Below are positions 1-10,003 of a stretch of 64,000 nt of DNA, in pieces. Under the pieces are notes generated by a model. The model saw only the letters and a list, made by a program, of their open reading frames with translations. It searched no databases and had not been told where the DNA came from. The first letter of the stretch is position 1. Every line of letters begins with the position of its first letter. The stretch is from Candidatus Bathyarchaeota archaeon. Its GTDB lineage: Archaea > Thermoproteota > Bathyarchaeia > Bathyarchaeales > Bathycorpusculaceae. The position numbers and the translations under genes are program-made. The stretch is taken from contig OY970280.1 of assembly GCA_963715865.1 (NCBI GenBank), positions 960,001-1,024,000 of the forward strand, written 5' to 3'.

Positions 1-154
1 TCTTGTCTAAGACTTCTCGGAAAGTCTTGTCGCAGCATTCGTAAAGCGCTATGGTAAGTTGTGTTCTTTTTCCTTTTTTATCTGGTTTGCCAGCCATCTT
101 CCAAGTTTTCTTTGCGGTTTTGACTTCTTTTCCACAAACTGGGCATTTTGCCAT
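1..154 (-). CDS. Cren7-like small chromatin protein (runs off window edge)
   Basis: Manual translation (not in ORF track): MAKCPVCGKEVKTAKKTWKMAGKPDKKGKRTQLTIALYECCDKTFREVLDK. The KTW-loop-beta-KTFR pattern resembles Cren7 and its Zn-ribbon-bearing TACK homologues. Confidence 0.6.
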   Translation of the reverse strand, partial: MAKCPVCGKEVKTAKKTWKMAGKPDKKGKRTQLTIALYECCDKTFREVLDK

Positions 155-450
155 GATTAATCCCTGTGGTTCAATGTTATCGTATGAATCAACATAAAAC
201 ATTTTCTATCCATTGCCTGTAAAATAGCTAAAAAGGGCTCTTTTAATGGAAAAATTATTGAAAAAACATCATTTTTGCAATTTACAAGTAAGCCCTAAGA
301 AGCTATATTGCGGTGGGCTAACTTGTAAGCGTTAAGTTATTAGCATTATTTTAGCGCAAATAAGATTTTTAGTGCCGAGGACTTGCTTGAAGAAGCGAAA
401 TCTTGTGGAAGAATTATTAGCATAGGCTGTAATTCTATTTTGAAAGAAAA

Positions 451-1044
451 ATGTCGATAGTTGGTTTAGATTTGGCAGGCGTTGAAAGCAGACCCACGGG
501 TTTCTGCATACTTGCAGATATGAAAGCAGAAACTTCCTTGGTTTACACAGACAAGGAAATGCTGAAAAAAATTAGAGAAAGCAAGCCACGAGTGGTTGCC
601 ATTGACGCGCCTTTAAGTCTGCCTCCGGGAAGAAATTCCATTGAGGAAAGGACAGCCATCCACCTAAGAGAAAGCGATAGGGAACTCCTGAGAAGAGGCA
701 TAAAGTTTTTTCCTGTCACGCTTGGTCCTATGAGAAAACTAACCGAGCGAGGCATAAACCTGAGGCGAATCCTTGAAGCCGAAAACTTCATCGCAATAGA
801 GGTTTATCCTGGAGGCGCCCAAGACGTTCTTGGGATTCCCAGAAAACAGAAAGGACTCGAGAAACTGAAAGCAGGCTTGGAAAATTTGGGCATAAAAGGG
901 CTGAACAGCCAGATGAGCGACCATGAACTTGACGCGGTCACATGTGCTTACGTTGGAAAACTGTTTTTGGAAGGAAAAGCCGTCACTTACGGAACCCCCA
1001 GTGAGGCGATAGTGATGCCAAAAGGCGAAAAAAATCCAAAATAG
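451..1044 (+). CDS. DUF429 family predicted RNase H-fold nuclease
   Basis: Motifs GLDLAG, VVAIDAPL, IEVYP and HELDAVTCA. Confidence 0.8.
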   Translation: MSIVGLDLAGVESRPTGFCILADMKAETSLVYTDKEMLKKIRESKPRVVAIDAPLSLPPGRNSIEERTAIHLRESDRELLRRGIKFFPVTLGPMRKLTERGINLRRILEAENFIAIEVYPGGAQDVLGIPRKQKGLEKLKAGLENLGIKGLNSQMSDHELDAVTCAYVGKLFLEGKAVTYGTPSEAIVMPKGEKNPK

Positions 1045-1187
1045 CGCCCATAGAAGCCTCAAAATCGCTTTGCTATTGCATATGTTGTTAAGGCAAGAGC
1101 AAAGGAAATTTGTCGCAATAATTCACGTAACATGCTGATTGACCGACCGCTCATAAGCTTGTCTATGGCTTATCCAAAATAATGTTG

Positions 1188-1295
1188 TGGTGCCGAGGGC
1201 AGGGTTTGAACCTGCGACGACTCGGTCTTCAGCTTCGCCCCCAGCTACCGAGAAGTAACTAGGTCGAGCGCTCTCCCAGGCTGAGCTACCTCGGC
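1188..1295 (-). tRNA. tRNA-Phe(GAA) with 31-nt intron at non-canonical position 30/31 (intron 1234-1264)
   Basis: Reverse strand GCCGAGGTAGCTCAGCCTGGGAGAGCGCTCG[intron]GCTGAAGACCGAG...GGTTCAAACCCTGCCCTCGGCACCA. Removing the intron restores the stem CTCGG/CCGAG. A BHB motif can be drawn and CCA is encoded. Confidence 0.93.
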
Positions 1296-1832
1296 ACCGT
1301 GTGCTGGGAGTGACACATCCAAGAATGAAGTGAAATGTTTTAAAGGTTTCTGAATTTGACTTTGTTGGCGTGTTTTTGGATTTGAGAAACCTATCTCCGC
1401 TGTCCACTTGGTCAGCATTTCAATACCGTATAAAGCCACGTGGAAGCCCTCTTTCTCGGCACCGCGTATTCGTGCTCTGAAACCATTAACTGTCAGAAGC
1501 GTTTGCATTTGTTTTGCCAACTCAGCACTACATGTTCTAAGCTCGATTGTTCGGTAAATTGGGCGGGTGTAGGTTTTCTTGCTGAAAACAGTGTTCCATC
1601 AGTGCTCTTGGTTATTAATTAGTGCAGTAAACCCATGAAGTGGGTTAAGAAGTAGCCTATTAAACCGCTGCCTAAAAAGCACACGAACATTAGGAATCCT
1701 TCTTGATCAGGCGTCAATTCGAAATTCAGCTTTTTTCTTAGCCCCATGTCTTGCACCGCTATGCTGTTTGTTTTTGGGAGGGGAAAGGTTTTATGAAGGG
1801 AAAATACGTAGTTTCAATCCACAGCACCCCGC

Positions 1833-1909
1833 GGGCCGTTAGTCTAGCTGGCTAGGACGTCGCCCTCACGCGGCGAAGATCACCGGTTCAAATCCGGTAC
1901 GGCCCACCA
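1833..1909 (+). tRNA. tRNA-Val(CAC)
   Basis: Cloverleaf GGGCCGT...ACGGCCC-A-CCA; anticodon arm TCGCC-CTCACGC-GGCGA. Confidence 0.96.
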
Positions 1910-2263
1910 CTATTTCGCGTTTTTCTCGTTCAATAAAGAGCCCTTACTATGTCTTTTCAAAAGAAAGTTTATAATAAATAAGCTTCCGAAAGATGCCGCG
2001 TAATATAATGCCATCCACTCCGGGTAAATTAGCATCAAAACTGTTAATCCGTAGAATGGGGTGAAGAACAGCATCCACAACAAATTGAATAGACTACCAG
2101 CATAAACAAGCGGGTAAATGAATGGAACCACAAAAATTATGAATGCTGTTACCCCTAATCGGTGCTGCCTATACGATGACTTTAAAACCCAAAAGAGACC
2201 AAAGTACATGATAGAATCTGCTAATGCAAAAAGAAAGTAAGCGATTGACGTACTAACATTCAA
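1910..2263 (-). CDS. Hypothetical membrane protein
   Basis: 117-aa hydrophobic ORF with 3-4 putative TM segments; its stop codon abuts the tRNA-Val CCA. Confidence 0.6.
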   Translation of the reverse strand: MNVSTSIAYFLFALADSIMYFGLFWVLKSSYRQHRLGVTAFIIFVVPFIYPLVYAGSLFNLLWMLFFTPFYGLTVLMLIYPEWMALYYAASFGSLFIINFLLKRHSKGSLLNEKNAK

Positions 2264-2311
2264 AGCTATTCGCCCCGCTGCCGCTTCTTGGTCGCTGACT
2301 ATCTATGGAAC

Positions 2312-2506
2312 CTATAGCCAACTTATCTTTTTAATTCTGTAGCCTTCTTCTTTAAATCTTTCTTTAAGCTTGTTGTAAATGGGTTTGCCACTAATAAGTA
2401 AGGCGCCAAGTAAACACACAACGCAACAGCACGATAGATAATAAATGAAAGCAGCAATCCATAAGCAATTGGCATATACAAGGTATGGGAAACGTTGGAT
2501 CATCAT
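2312..2506 (-). CDS. Small hypothetical membrane protein
   Basis: 64 aa, hydrophobic core followed by a basic tail. Confidence 0.35.
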   Translation of the reverse strand: MMIQRFPYLVYANCLWIAAFIYYLSCCCVVCLLGALLISGKPIYNKLKERFKEEGYRIKKISWL

Positions 2507-2623
2507 AATAAAGCTGTGGTTGCAGTTTTCTTTTTCATAAATTTTAGGTTCGTCGATTTATCACCAAAACAGATAAAAACTCGACTTTGCATCCATGAAG
2601 GCTACTAATAAGAGGAAACACGT

Positions 2624-2824
2624 ATGCCGTCTGAAATTACTGATGTTGAAAAGTTCGTGGCTATGAGCGCCAAAGCAAAGCATTGCTCCGTTATAAGACT
2701 CAAGGATACAGTTAAATTGAAGCTTCGCACACCAAGCCAGCTTTATACGCTAAAAATTGAACCCTTACGGGCTGAGGAAATAATAAAGAAGCTGCAATGC
2801 GAAATTCAAGAGAAAGAGAAGTAA
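2624..2824 (+). CDS. rpl38e: Ribosomal protein eL38 (L38e)
   Basis: MPSEITD...VKLKLRTPSQLYTLK matches the eL38 signature K(L/F)K(L/V)R...LYTL; 66 aa. Confidence 0.88.
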   Translation: MPSEITDVEKFVAMSAKAKHCSVIRLKDTVKLKLRTPSQLYTLKIEPLRAEEIIKKLQCEIQEKEK

Positions 2825-2906
2825 TCCTTCTTCTCACCTGCTCTTTTCTGTTTTTATCCATATCGCTTAAAGACTAAACTGAAAGACTTTACGTTACATT
2901 ATTTTT

Positions 2907-2924
2907 GTATACAAAAGCATCAAC
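2907..2924 (-). repeat. 18-bp motif GTTGATGCTTTTGTATAC, copy 1 (exact)
   Basis: The + strand reads GTATACAAAAGCATCAAC. Confidence 0.95.
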
Positions 2925-3530
2925 GGAACCAACTAAAAACTAACCCGCTTTTTAATTTTGAGCGGTCTTAAACTTGCTTAATTTTTCGAAGTATAACGAA
3001 TCTTAAATATACATGCCCATTTGAATGAAGAAATTAGGAAAAAAATAGCACTCGACGAATCATAAACGCTTTCTAAACAGACAAGAGATGCATAAAAACT
3101 TGAAAAAAACAAAGACTAAGTGGAAATTTGCTCGTTATAAGGCTCGTTTAAGCTCTTTTTACTGTCAGTACGTTTACTCTTGAGCTTACTTTTCCAGCCA
3201 ATTTGCTTTAGGTTTTTCCTATTAGTGCTTTTTTAGTCAGCGAAAAATAGTCGAACGTCCATTTTTTGCATCTAAAAGTTAAAAAAACCGTTAACTCTCG
3301 TGTGAAAATTGCATGAGTTTGTTAAGTTAACCATGCCTTTTTTGTTTTTGAGGGGCTACGGTTTGCGAAGGCTTGTTGTTTGGTTTTTTGCGAACGGAAA
3401 GAAGGATATTTCAGTAAGGTCTGGCATAAGCGTTTTAGCAATGGGTAAAACAGGGGAGCATGACAGTAAGGAGTTGCTGGAGTGGCGTTGTGGAGGTCAA
3501 ATGTCTGAGAGGTTTAAAATAGTGGGTTTG

Positions 3531-3548
3531 GTTGATGCTTTTGTATAC
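3531..3548 (+). repeat. 18-bp motif, copy 2 (exact)
   Basis: GTTGATGCTTTTGTATAC. Confidence 0.95.
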
Positions 3549-3642
3549 CGTTTTTGGAGGCATGCTGTTGAGTATCTTCTTAAAATCATGCAAGAATTGC
3601 CATTTATTGCTTCCTTTGTGTCAATTTATTTGAGGGCTTGCC

Positions 3643-4350
3643 ATGAGTGTTGAGCGTAATCTGGTAATTTCGCTTTTGAAATTGACAAAAGAGGGGTCTG
3701 TTTTAATTGAAAGTGTTAATAAGGATGCCAGGGTGCCATCAGCCACTACAACGAAATTGCTGAGAAAACTGCAAAACGAGGGTCTCGTTTATTTGAAACA
3801 AGACAGCGTCGAAGTAGACAGCAACGCCAGGCTTAAGCTAGCGGTTAAAGCAGCATCTTTAGGTGCCGATGTGGAGAATGTCAGTAATTTGCTTTGTTGG
3901 CAAGAGTTTGAGGAAATTGCTGCTTTTGCATTGAAAAATAATGGTTATGTGGTGACGAATAACGTTCGCTTTAAACACGCAGGTCGCAAATGGGAAATAG
4001 ATGTGGTCGGTTGCAAGAGACCCTTAGTCATTTGTATCGATTGCAAACATTGGCAGCATGCAATTGCGCCCTCGGTTTTGAAGAGAATCGTTGATTCACA
4101 AGTAGAACGAACAAGAGCATTGGCTGATTCGCTGCCAAACATTTCCCTTAAACTTGAATGCACAAAATGGAGCGATGCAAAGTTTATTCCATCCATACTA
4201 TCACTCACACCTAGCTCATTCAAATTCTACGATAAAGTTCCAGTCGTTCCCATATTTCAACTGCAAGATTTCATAAACCAACTGCCAGCCTGCACTGAAT
4301 CGCTCAAGTTTTTTCCCAAAACTTTCAACTCTTTAAGTCATAATTTTTAA
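3643..4350 (+). CDS. wHTH + Mrr-like PD-(D/E)xK restriction endonuclease domain protein
   Basis: WQEFEEIAA...WEIDVVG...ICIDCKHW is a Mrr_cat-type active site; N-terminal helix-turn-helix-like segment. Confidence 0.8.
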   Translation: MSVERNLVISLLKLTKEGSVLIESVNKDARVPSATTTKLLRKLQNEGLVYLKQDSVEVDSNARLKLAVKAASLGADVENVSNLLCWQEFEEIAAFALKNNGYVVTNNVRFKHAGRKWEIDVVGCKRPLVICIDCKHWQHAIAPSVLKRIVDSQVERTRALADSLPNISLKLECTKWSDAKFIPSILSLTPSSFKFYDKVPVVPIFQLQDFINQLPACTESLKFFPKTFNSLSHNF

Positions 4351-6207
4351 AATCGAGGTTTTGGCTAGCCTGAATGCTGGGTAAAGGCTAAAAATGAACA
4401 TTCCAGCCAAAGCTGCTAGAAGCCAAACAGTTATCTCCAAGATAGTAAAGCCCGTAACCAGCGGTTGTTGCATCAAAATGAGCAAAGTTATAATAGTACC
4501 GAGCGATATTCCGACTGCAAAGCTGGAAATCAGCACAATTACGCTTTGGATTGCCAAAATAAAGATAACTATTTTCGGTTTAGCTCCCACAGCCCGCAAA
4601 ACAGCGAATTCTTGATGCTGTTCATCTACCGCAAGCATCATGTAACCTACCAGGCAAAGGGTAGCAGATACCAAAGTAAAGAGTGGCACAAGCATTATCG
4701 TTTGCCATGTTGAAGCTAAAAAATTTGTGTCCTTAGCAATAACATCATCCAGCTCAAAAACATTCAAATCTGGATTTACTGCTTGAATTAACGTTTTGAT
4801 TTGTGCAACAGCTGCAGAGCGGTCAGTTGAATTGTTTAGCTTAACTAACAGTAAGTTAGGGTTAGAGACACCAGAAATATTCTCCAATCTGTCAATGGGA
4901 ACGTAAGTGACTAAACCATTATTTACAGGATCAACGCAAACTCCGACAATACTAAAGGTGTTATTTTGGAACTCTATGCTTTGAATCAGAGGATCAGATA
5001 ACATTATGTGCTTGCTAGGATCAGGAGAGAACATTGCCTGAGCAACTGAATCGCCAATGACAGCCTCCAAATCATCATTTGCATTTAAAAATCGTCCTTG
5101 AACAAACCATGTTCCAGAAAGGTTTTCTGGGTTAACACCGACTACTATTGCGTCTCCTTGTCTACTGTCCCCCACAGAATAGGTTTGTTCAGTGTCAGGG
5201 TTTACGGTGAAATTAGAAATTTCATTAACATGCTCTTTTAAAATTAAGCGTGAATCAACCAAACTCACGTTTGACATGGCACTTAATTGCTCAATAACCC
5301 CTTCTGGAATAGCCAGTTTTGGGTCTGAATAGTTAAAATCGCCTGTTTCTGTAGCTCCAGAAAACTTTGATAAAAGCAGTTTATACTGGTTACCCATGCT
5401 ATTATGGGCTATGACAATTGTGTCTTTACCAACGGATTTTTGAACCCATGATGCCGTGGTGTCGCTGGCAATTATTCCTCCCGCAACTGAAACTGTAAGC
5501 AGAATGAAGACTACTGAGAGCAAAATGATGATTCGAACACTCGCTGATTGCCGACGAAACAGGCTCCTGGAAGCAATCCTCCAGGTTATACCAGACCTTG
5601 ATAGTGGCTTGTGCTTGTTCGTTGTGGTTAAACCGTAATAGTTCACGGCTGAAAGCGCCTTTACTGGTGACATTCTAGACGCTTTAAGGATGGGCTGAAG
5701 ACCAAAAACTACTGAAAGAACAAAAAAAGCAACAAAAACCAAGGGTGCAAACCAAAAATTAGGCAACTGATAAGCTGAAAAAACCACATTAGCGACGGCG
5801 TAATCTATGAAAAAGCCAAGAGCGATGCCTAAAATGCATCCGGCAAAGGTTGTTGTTAAAAGTTCAGTCATAAAGTATCCTGCAACAAGACTATTTGGAC
5901 ACCCAGCCGCCTTAATCAAGCCGAAATCGCGGGTCCTTTGAGCCATCATCAAAAAAGCAATAAAGGAAGTTAACACTGCGCCTACAGCAAAAATCAATAC
6001 GCCAATGAAAAGTATGAACTGGGAGAAGATGGCGGTTAAGCCTTGAGTTAATGTGCCACTGGCTGAGGCTATGCCAAAGCCCAAACGGCTGCTAAATAGC
6101 AAAAGAAACAGCGTAGAAGCAACACTCAACGTCAAAGTGGCAATGATTAAGCTTGTTTGAAGCTTCCTTCGGCGCAAATCGTTGATTGGAAAAGCCGCTT
6201 TACTCAT
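4333..6207 (-). CDS. FtsX/MacB-like ABC transporter permease (duplicated FtsX domains)
   Basis: RTRDFGLIKAAG and QEFAVLRAVGAK motifs; multiple TM helices. Confidence 0.9.
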   Translation of the reverse strand: MSKAAFPINDLRRRKLQTSLIIATLTLSVASTLFLLLFSSRLGFGIASASGTLTQGLTAIFSQFILFIGVLIFAVGAVLTSFIAFLMMAQRTRDFGLIKAAGCPNSLVAGYFMTELLTTTFAGCILGIALGFFIDYAVANVVFSAYQLPNFWFAPLVFVAFFVLSVVFGLQPILKASRMSPVKALSAVNYYGLTTTNKHKPLSRSGITWRIASRSLFRRQSASVRIIILLSVVFILLTVSVAGGIIASDTTASWVQKSVGKDTIVIAHNSMGNQYKLLLSKFSGATETGDFNYSDPKLAIPEGVIEQLSAMSNVSLVDSRLILKEHVNEISNFTVNPDTEQTYSVGDSRQGDAIVVGVNPENLSGTWFVQGRFLNANDDLEAVIGDSVAQAMFSPDPSKHIMLSDPLIQSIEFQNNTFSIVGVCVDPVNNGLVTYVPIDRLENISGVSNPNLLLVKLNNSTDRSAAVAQIKTLIQAVNPDLNVFELDDVIAKDTNFLASTWQTIMLVPLFTLVSATLCLVGYMMLAVDEQHQEFAVLRAVGAKPKIVIFILAIQSVIVLISSFAVGISLGTIITLLILMQQPLVTGFTILEITVWLLAALAGMFIFSLYPAFRLAKTSILKIMT

Positions 6208-6892
6208 TTTTGCTCGCCAATTTGCCGTCTTCTAGGCATAAAACTTGGTCCGCCAACTCTCTTATTTGCTGATCATGGGTTGAAACAATAACTGTTTTTC
6301 CCTTTTCCTTCAACAGCTGAAGAACTTGAGTGATTTTCTGAGCGTTTTTTGCGTCTAAATTGCCTGTTGGTTCATCCGCAAGGATAAGCTGCGGATCATT
6401 CGCTAATGCCCTGGCAAAAGCTACGCGTTGCTGCTCGCCACCGCTAAGTTGAGCGGGAAAATGATTCGCTCGGTGCTGTAAACCCAAAGTTTCCAGCAAT
6501 TCATTTACGCGTTTCTTTATTTCTTCCTCAGGCTTCCTAGTCCACTCCATTGGAAAAGCAACATTCTCAGCCACCGTTAAAGTAGAAACCAAATTATAAG
6601 ATTGAAAAACAAAACCCACATTGTTGCATCGGAAATCTGACAGGAAATCTTCATCTTGAACCGCCAAATCTTGCCCCTCAACAAAAATTTTCCCACTTGT
6701 TGGCCTATCGATTCCGCCGATTATGTTGAGCAGGGTTGTTTTGCCTGAGCCTGAAGGACCGCAAATTACGATAAATTTTGATTTTGGAATTGACAGGGTT
6801 ATGTCTTTTAACACTTCTAGTTTTAAGTCGCCTACTTGGTAGGTTTTTCCTAAGGCTTGCGCATATATCATGAGGTCTTCTATTGTTGGCAT
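6200..6892 (-). CDS. ABC transporter ATP-binding protein (LolD/MacB type)
   Basis: [33 protein letters not shown]. Confidence 0.95.
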   Translation of the reverse strand: MPTIEDLMIYAQALGKTYQVGDLKLEVLKDITLSIPKSKFIVICGPSGSGKTTLLNIIGGIDRPTSGKIFVEGQDLAVQDEDFLSDFRCNNVGFVFQSYNLVSTLTVAENVAFPMEWTRKPEEEIKKRVNELLETLGLQHRANHFPAQLSGGEQQRVAFARALANDPQLILADEPTGNLDAKNAQKITQVLQLLKEKGKTVIVSTHDQQIRELADQVLCLEDGKLASKNE

Positions 6893-6955
6893 TTTCGCTT
6901 CCTCTTACGATTAACTGTAACTAATAATATAGGTTGAGGTACATTTCCTTACACG

Positions 6956-7390
6956 TTAACTATAACTTGTATCCAAGTTAAGATTTCCCCTGTCCCGCTT
7001 GAGAATTCTGACTTTCTCCGGAAGCTTATTTTTCTCCCAATCTACCCAACTGATTTCTTTAAAAAGCCACCGCTTGCCCAGATGAGCTGCGGCGACAGCA
7101 TGTTTATGACCGTTATCCGCAGGGATAAATTGGTCGAGAAACCTGAAAAGTTTATCGATTTGCTGTTTAGGGAAATAGGCGTAGTAGCTAGCGTTTTTTA
7201 CTTCAAAAGCGTAAACGTGAGAGCCTTTTCTGGCCATGATGTCTGGCAAGGGATTGAGACTTGGGTTGCTTACTGGAACGCGGACAGCGGTGTAGCCTTT
7301 TTTGTGCAAGAGCTTAACCAGTACGGTTTCACTGTAGAAGCCTCTTTTGCGCCAACGGCGAAGTTTGATTCTGTCGATTTCTTTGCTCAA
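6956..7390 (-). CDS. hjc: Archaeal Holliday junction resolvase Hjc-like
   Basis: G..SE..L...L.KKGY.AVRVP.S...PDIMARK....AFEVK. Confidence 0.8.
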   Translation of the reverse strand: MSKEIDRIKLRRWRKRGFYSETVLVKLLHKKGYTAVRVPVSNPSLNPLPDIMARKGSHVYAFEVKNASYYAYFPKQQIDKLFRFLDQFIPADNGHKHAVAAAHLGKRWLFKEISWVDWEKNKLPEKVRILKRDRGNLNLDTSYS

Positions 7391-7474
7391 CAGTTTTTCC
7401 CTTGAACGTTTGTTACTTTATCTGGTTTTAGAGATAAAAATTGTTGCCTAAAAGGCTGGGAAAAAATGGGCTAC

Positions 7475-7492
7475 GTTGATGCTTTTGTATAC
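7475..7492 (+). repeat. 18-bp motif, copy 3 (exact)
   Basis: GTTGATGCTTTTGTATAC. Confidence 0.95.
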
Positions 7493-7744
7493 CTTGCAGT
7501 GAACTGGTGCGTCTGGAGCGTGCTGGTGACGTTGAATTTTCCACGTAATACTGGCATCACTAAGTTTACTGGCAGCGTAAAAACCATCATTCACCGATGG
7601 AAAATCTCAGCCAGTTTAGACTACATTAAGCACATGAAAAGTAAGCGCTGACCCCAAACAACCTAAAAACAAAGCCCTTAGGCGACAAAAATTCGCCAGC
7701 ACAAGTCTCGGTGAAACGGCAAAAAATCGCTTGATTCATGCTCT

Positions 7745-7762
7745 GTATACAGAAGCATCACC
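7745..7762 (-). repeat. 18-bp motif, copy 4 (2 mismatches)
   Basis: Reverse complement GGTGATGCTTCTGTATAC, embedded in the near-palindrome ATGCTCTGTATACAGAAGCAT. Confidence 0.85.
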
Positions 7763-8402
7763 CAAACTTATTTTCCCAGGGCAGAAACCTTTGCTCGGAA
7801 TACCTTCTGCTGCGAGCTTTCGCTGAACGATATTCAGCGCCAAAAATAGGCAGACGCACCACCGCAGAGATTAGGTCTCTGCATAAAGCAGGGCTTAGAA
7901 AAACGCTAACTGCTCAAGAGCTTAACTGGTAAAAAAAATTGCGCTGAAACGCTAAAGTTTCATAACTCCCACAAAAAGTGTTGCAAACGCTCGAAGCTAA
8001 GCCGAAAAAACAGGCTTTGGCTTCACATGGAGATTTTCGGAGGTACTTATATGAGGCCACGATATTCTCCATGCCTTGGCATTAAGGCAACCACTGAAAA
8101 GGCTGAAATGAGGTTTTTTTGCTGTTTTAGCCCTAAATTAGGCTGTTAAATTATCGCTCACATAGAAAAAAATTCGTTGGTTTTCCAACTTCATCGTTTC
8201 GGAGAAAAACAACTGCGAAAGATCCAATTTATGGCAAAATAAGCCTGAATATTGGCTATCTTGGCGAAATGGGCTAAACGATAAATCGTTATCTTTAGAG
8301 AGAAAATTTTGCAAAATCTCAGAACTTTATAAAAAATCCTGGCTGGATACCTACCGCGTTAGCGACAGGATGGATGCGTAATTCCTAACAACACCTTCTA
8401 CA

Positions 8403-8472
8403 CTCAAGGCTTCTTTTGCCGGCTGGATTGTTTGAACAAAACTTTTACGCGATCGAACAAATGTCCATAGCC
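8403..8472 (-). repeat. Dispersed ~70-bp non-coding repeat, copy B
   Basis: Reverse complement GGCTATGGACATTTGTTCGATCGCGTAAAAGTTTTGTTCAAACAATCCAGCCGGCAAAAGAAGCCTTGAG is nearly identical to 62182-62252. Confidence 0.92.
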
Positions 8473-9042
8473 TTTGAACCTGAATCTCATTGTCTCAAAA
8501 GCTTCTTTTGCTAGTCTCAATTTTCTGGACAAATCAAAAAATCGTCGCCTATACAAATCTACGACGTTCACGGCTGCTAGTATAGCATCAACCGTTCCCT
8601 CGGAGAACAGCTTTTACCCTAAACCTCTCCAAAAAGCTGTCTCAAATAATGTGCACTTTTGCAGTGCGAATCGTGTGCGCTTAAAAATTTCCGTTAAGCT
8701 TGTTTGCCTATAGCTAACTCGATAGTTATAACTTTGGTGAGTTTGACTATTAGTTGCGACTAAAAAATTTAGGCTAAAGCAGCTTTCTAATAACTCCATA
8801 AGTTTTGCTTGCAGATGCTCCTTTTTTCGCCCTTATTCTTGCGCAACTGCCATATCGCACGTGCTAAGCCTGCCTAAACAGCGCTAAACCTGAGTCATCC
8901 CTTGGTAACAAAATTAGGTCTGGTGAGCTTAGTGGCAAAGATATTACTAAATTAATTAACCATCACAGATGACAACGAACTGAAAAGAAGACAAAGTTGA
9001 AAGAGCTAATAACAGAATACGCCAATTATCTAAAGGCGGATT

Positions 9043-9060
9043 GTATACAAAAGCATCAAC
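9043..9060 (-). repeat. 18-bp motif, copy 5 (exact)
   Basis: The + strand reads GTATACAAAAGCATCAAC. Confidence 0.95.
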
Positions 9061-9139
9061 AAAACACACTTTATAATTTAACCTTCGAAACATTTTTCAA
9101 CAGTGCAAGACGATAAGACAATTAGGAAAGAGGCTTGCA

Positions 9140-9556
9140 ATGTCAAACTTTAAGGTCGTAAACAAAAGTTATAGCTTCACTACGAAAGGGGAAATAGAAT
9201 TCATAGATTTATCCGATAAAGTGCAGGAAGAGGTTTCCCTCTCAGGCATCAAAAACGGGTTAGTCCACATCTTTGCACCTCACGCAACAGGCGTACTAAT
9301 TTTAACGGAAAACGATTATGCGTTACTCAATGACTTCAAGGCGTTCCTTGAAGAAATTGCACCAAAACATAAGACATATCAGCATCCATCTAACGCACAT
9401 TCACATTTACGGTCCATACTTCTTCCGCCAGACAAGACTCTGCCAATAATTGATGGACAAGTCACGTTTGGAACTTGGCAATCACTGCTTTTTGTAGAAA
9501 CAGACGTTTACCCGAGAAAAAGAACGATAATAATCCAGGTCATAGGCGAGCAATAA
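9140..9556 (+). CDS. YjbQ/UPF0047 family protein (secondary thiamine-phosphate synthase-like)
   Basis: PHATG..ILTEND, NAHSHLRS, GTWQSLLFVE.D motifs. Confidence 0.92.
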   Translation: MSNFKVVNKSYSFTTKGEIEFIDLSDKVQEEVSLSGIKNGLVHIFAPHATGVLILTENDYALLNDFKAFLEEIAPKHKTYQHPSNAHSHLRSILLPPDKTLPIIDGQVTFGTWQSLLFVETDVYPRKRTIIIQVIGEQ

Positions 9557-10003
9557 GAAGTAAAGAGTAAAGGAGCAAGCGGCAGCATCTCTTTTTGGTG
9601 CACACGCCAAATCTGCAAAGTTTCTGACTCTTCGCTTCTCGTATTATAGAAAAAACGTTAATCAACAAGCTATTTTAACTATTTAATGGTAATTGCGTAC
9701 GTGGGCAACTGCTTATTTAACTATTTATTGTAAAAAATTAACATTCGAAGAAATTTCGCAGACCGCAAAAAGCACCAACTGCACAGTAAAGAGCCCAAAA
9801 GCCAAAAAACTGCCTGCAACCACGTAATGCAACCCAAAAAACGCTTAATTTCGTCATTATTTCAGCACGTTTTAAGCTTCAGCACGCAAATAAGCCAAGT
9901 TGCCTCCTTTTTCTTTATCAAACATGCCTTGGACAGCAACTTGGCGTTTTTAACAAGCAGCGTATACTATGAATATATAAGCTTCGCTGTACTTCGAAAA
10001 AAC

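Noticed and set aside
3309-3653. 114-aa ORF upstream of the Mrr-like nuclease
   Set aside because: No recognisable motif or protein-like composition, and it overlaps the 18-bp motif and probable promoter; treated as spurious.
7466-8799. Short ORFs (61-79 aa) in the hjc-yjbQ gap
   Set aside because: No motifs, SD or operon coupling; consistent with chance ORFs.
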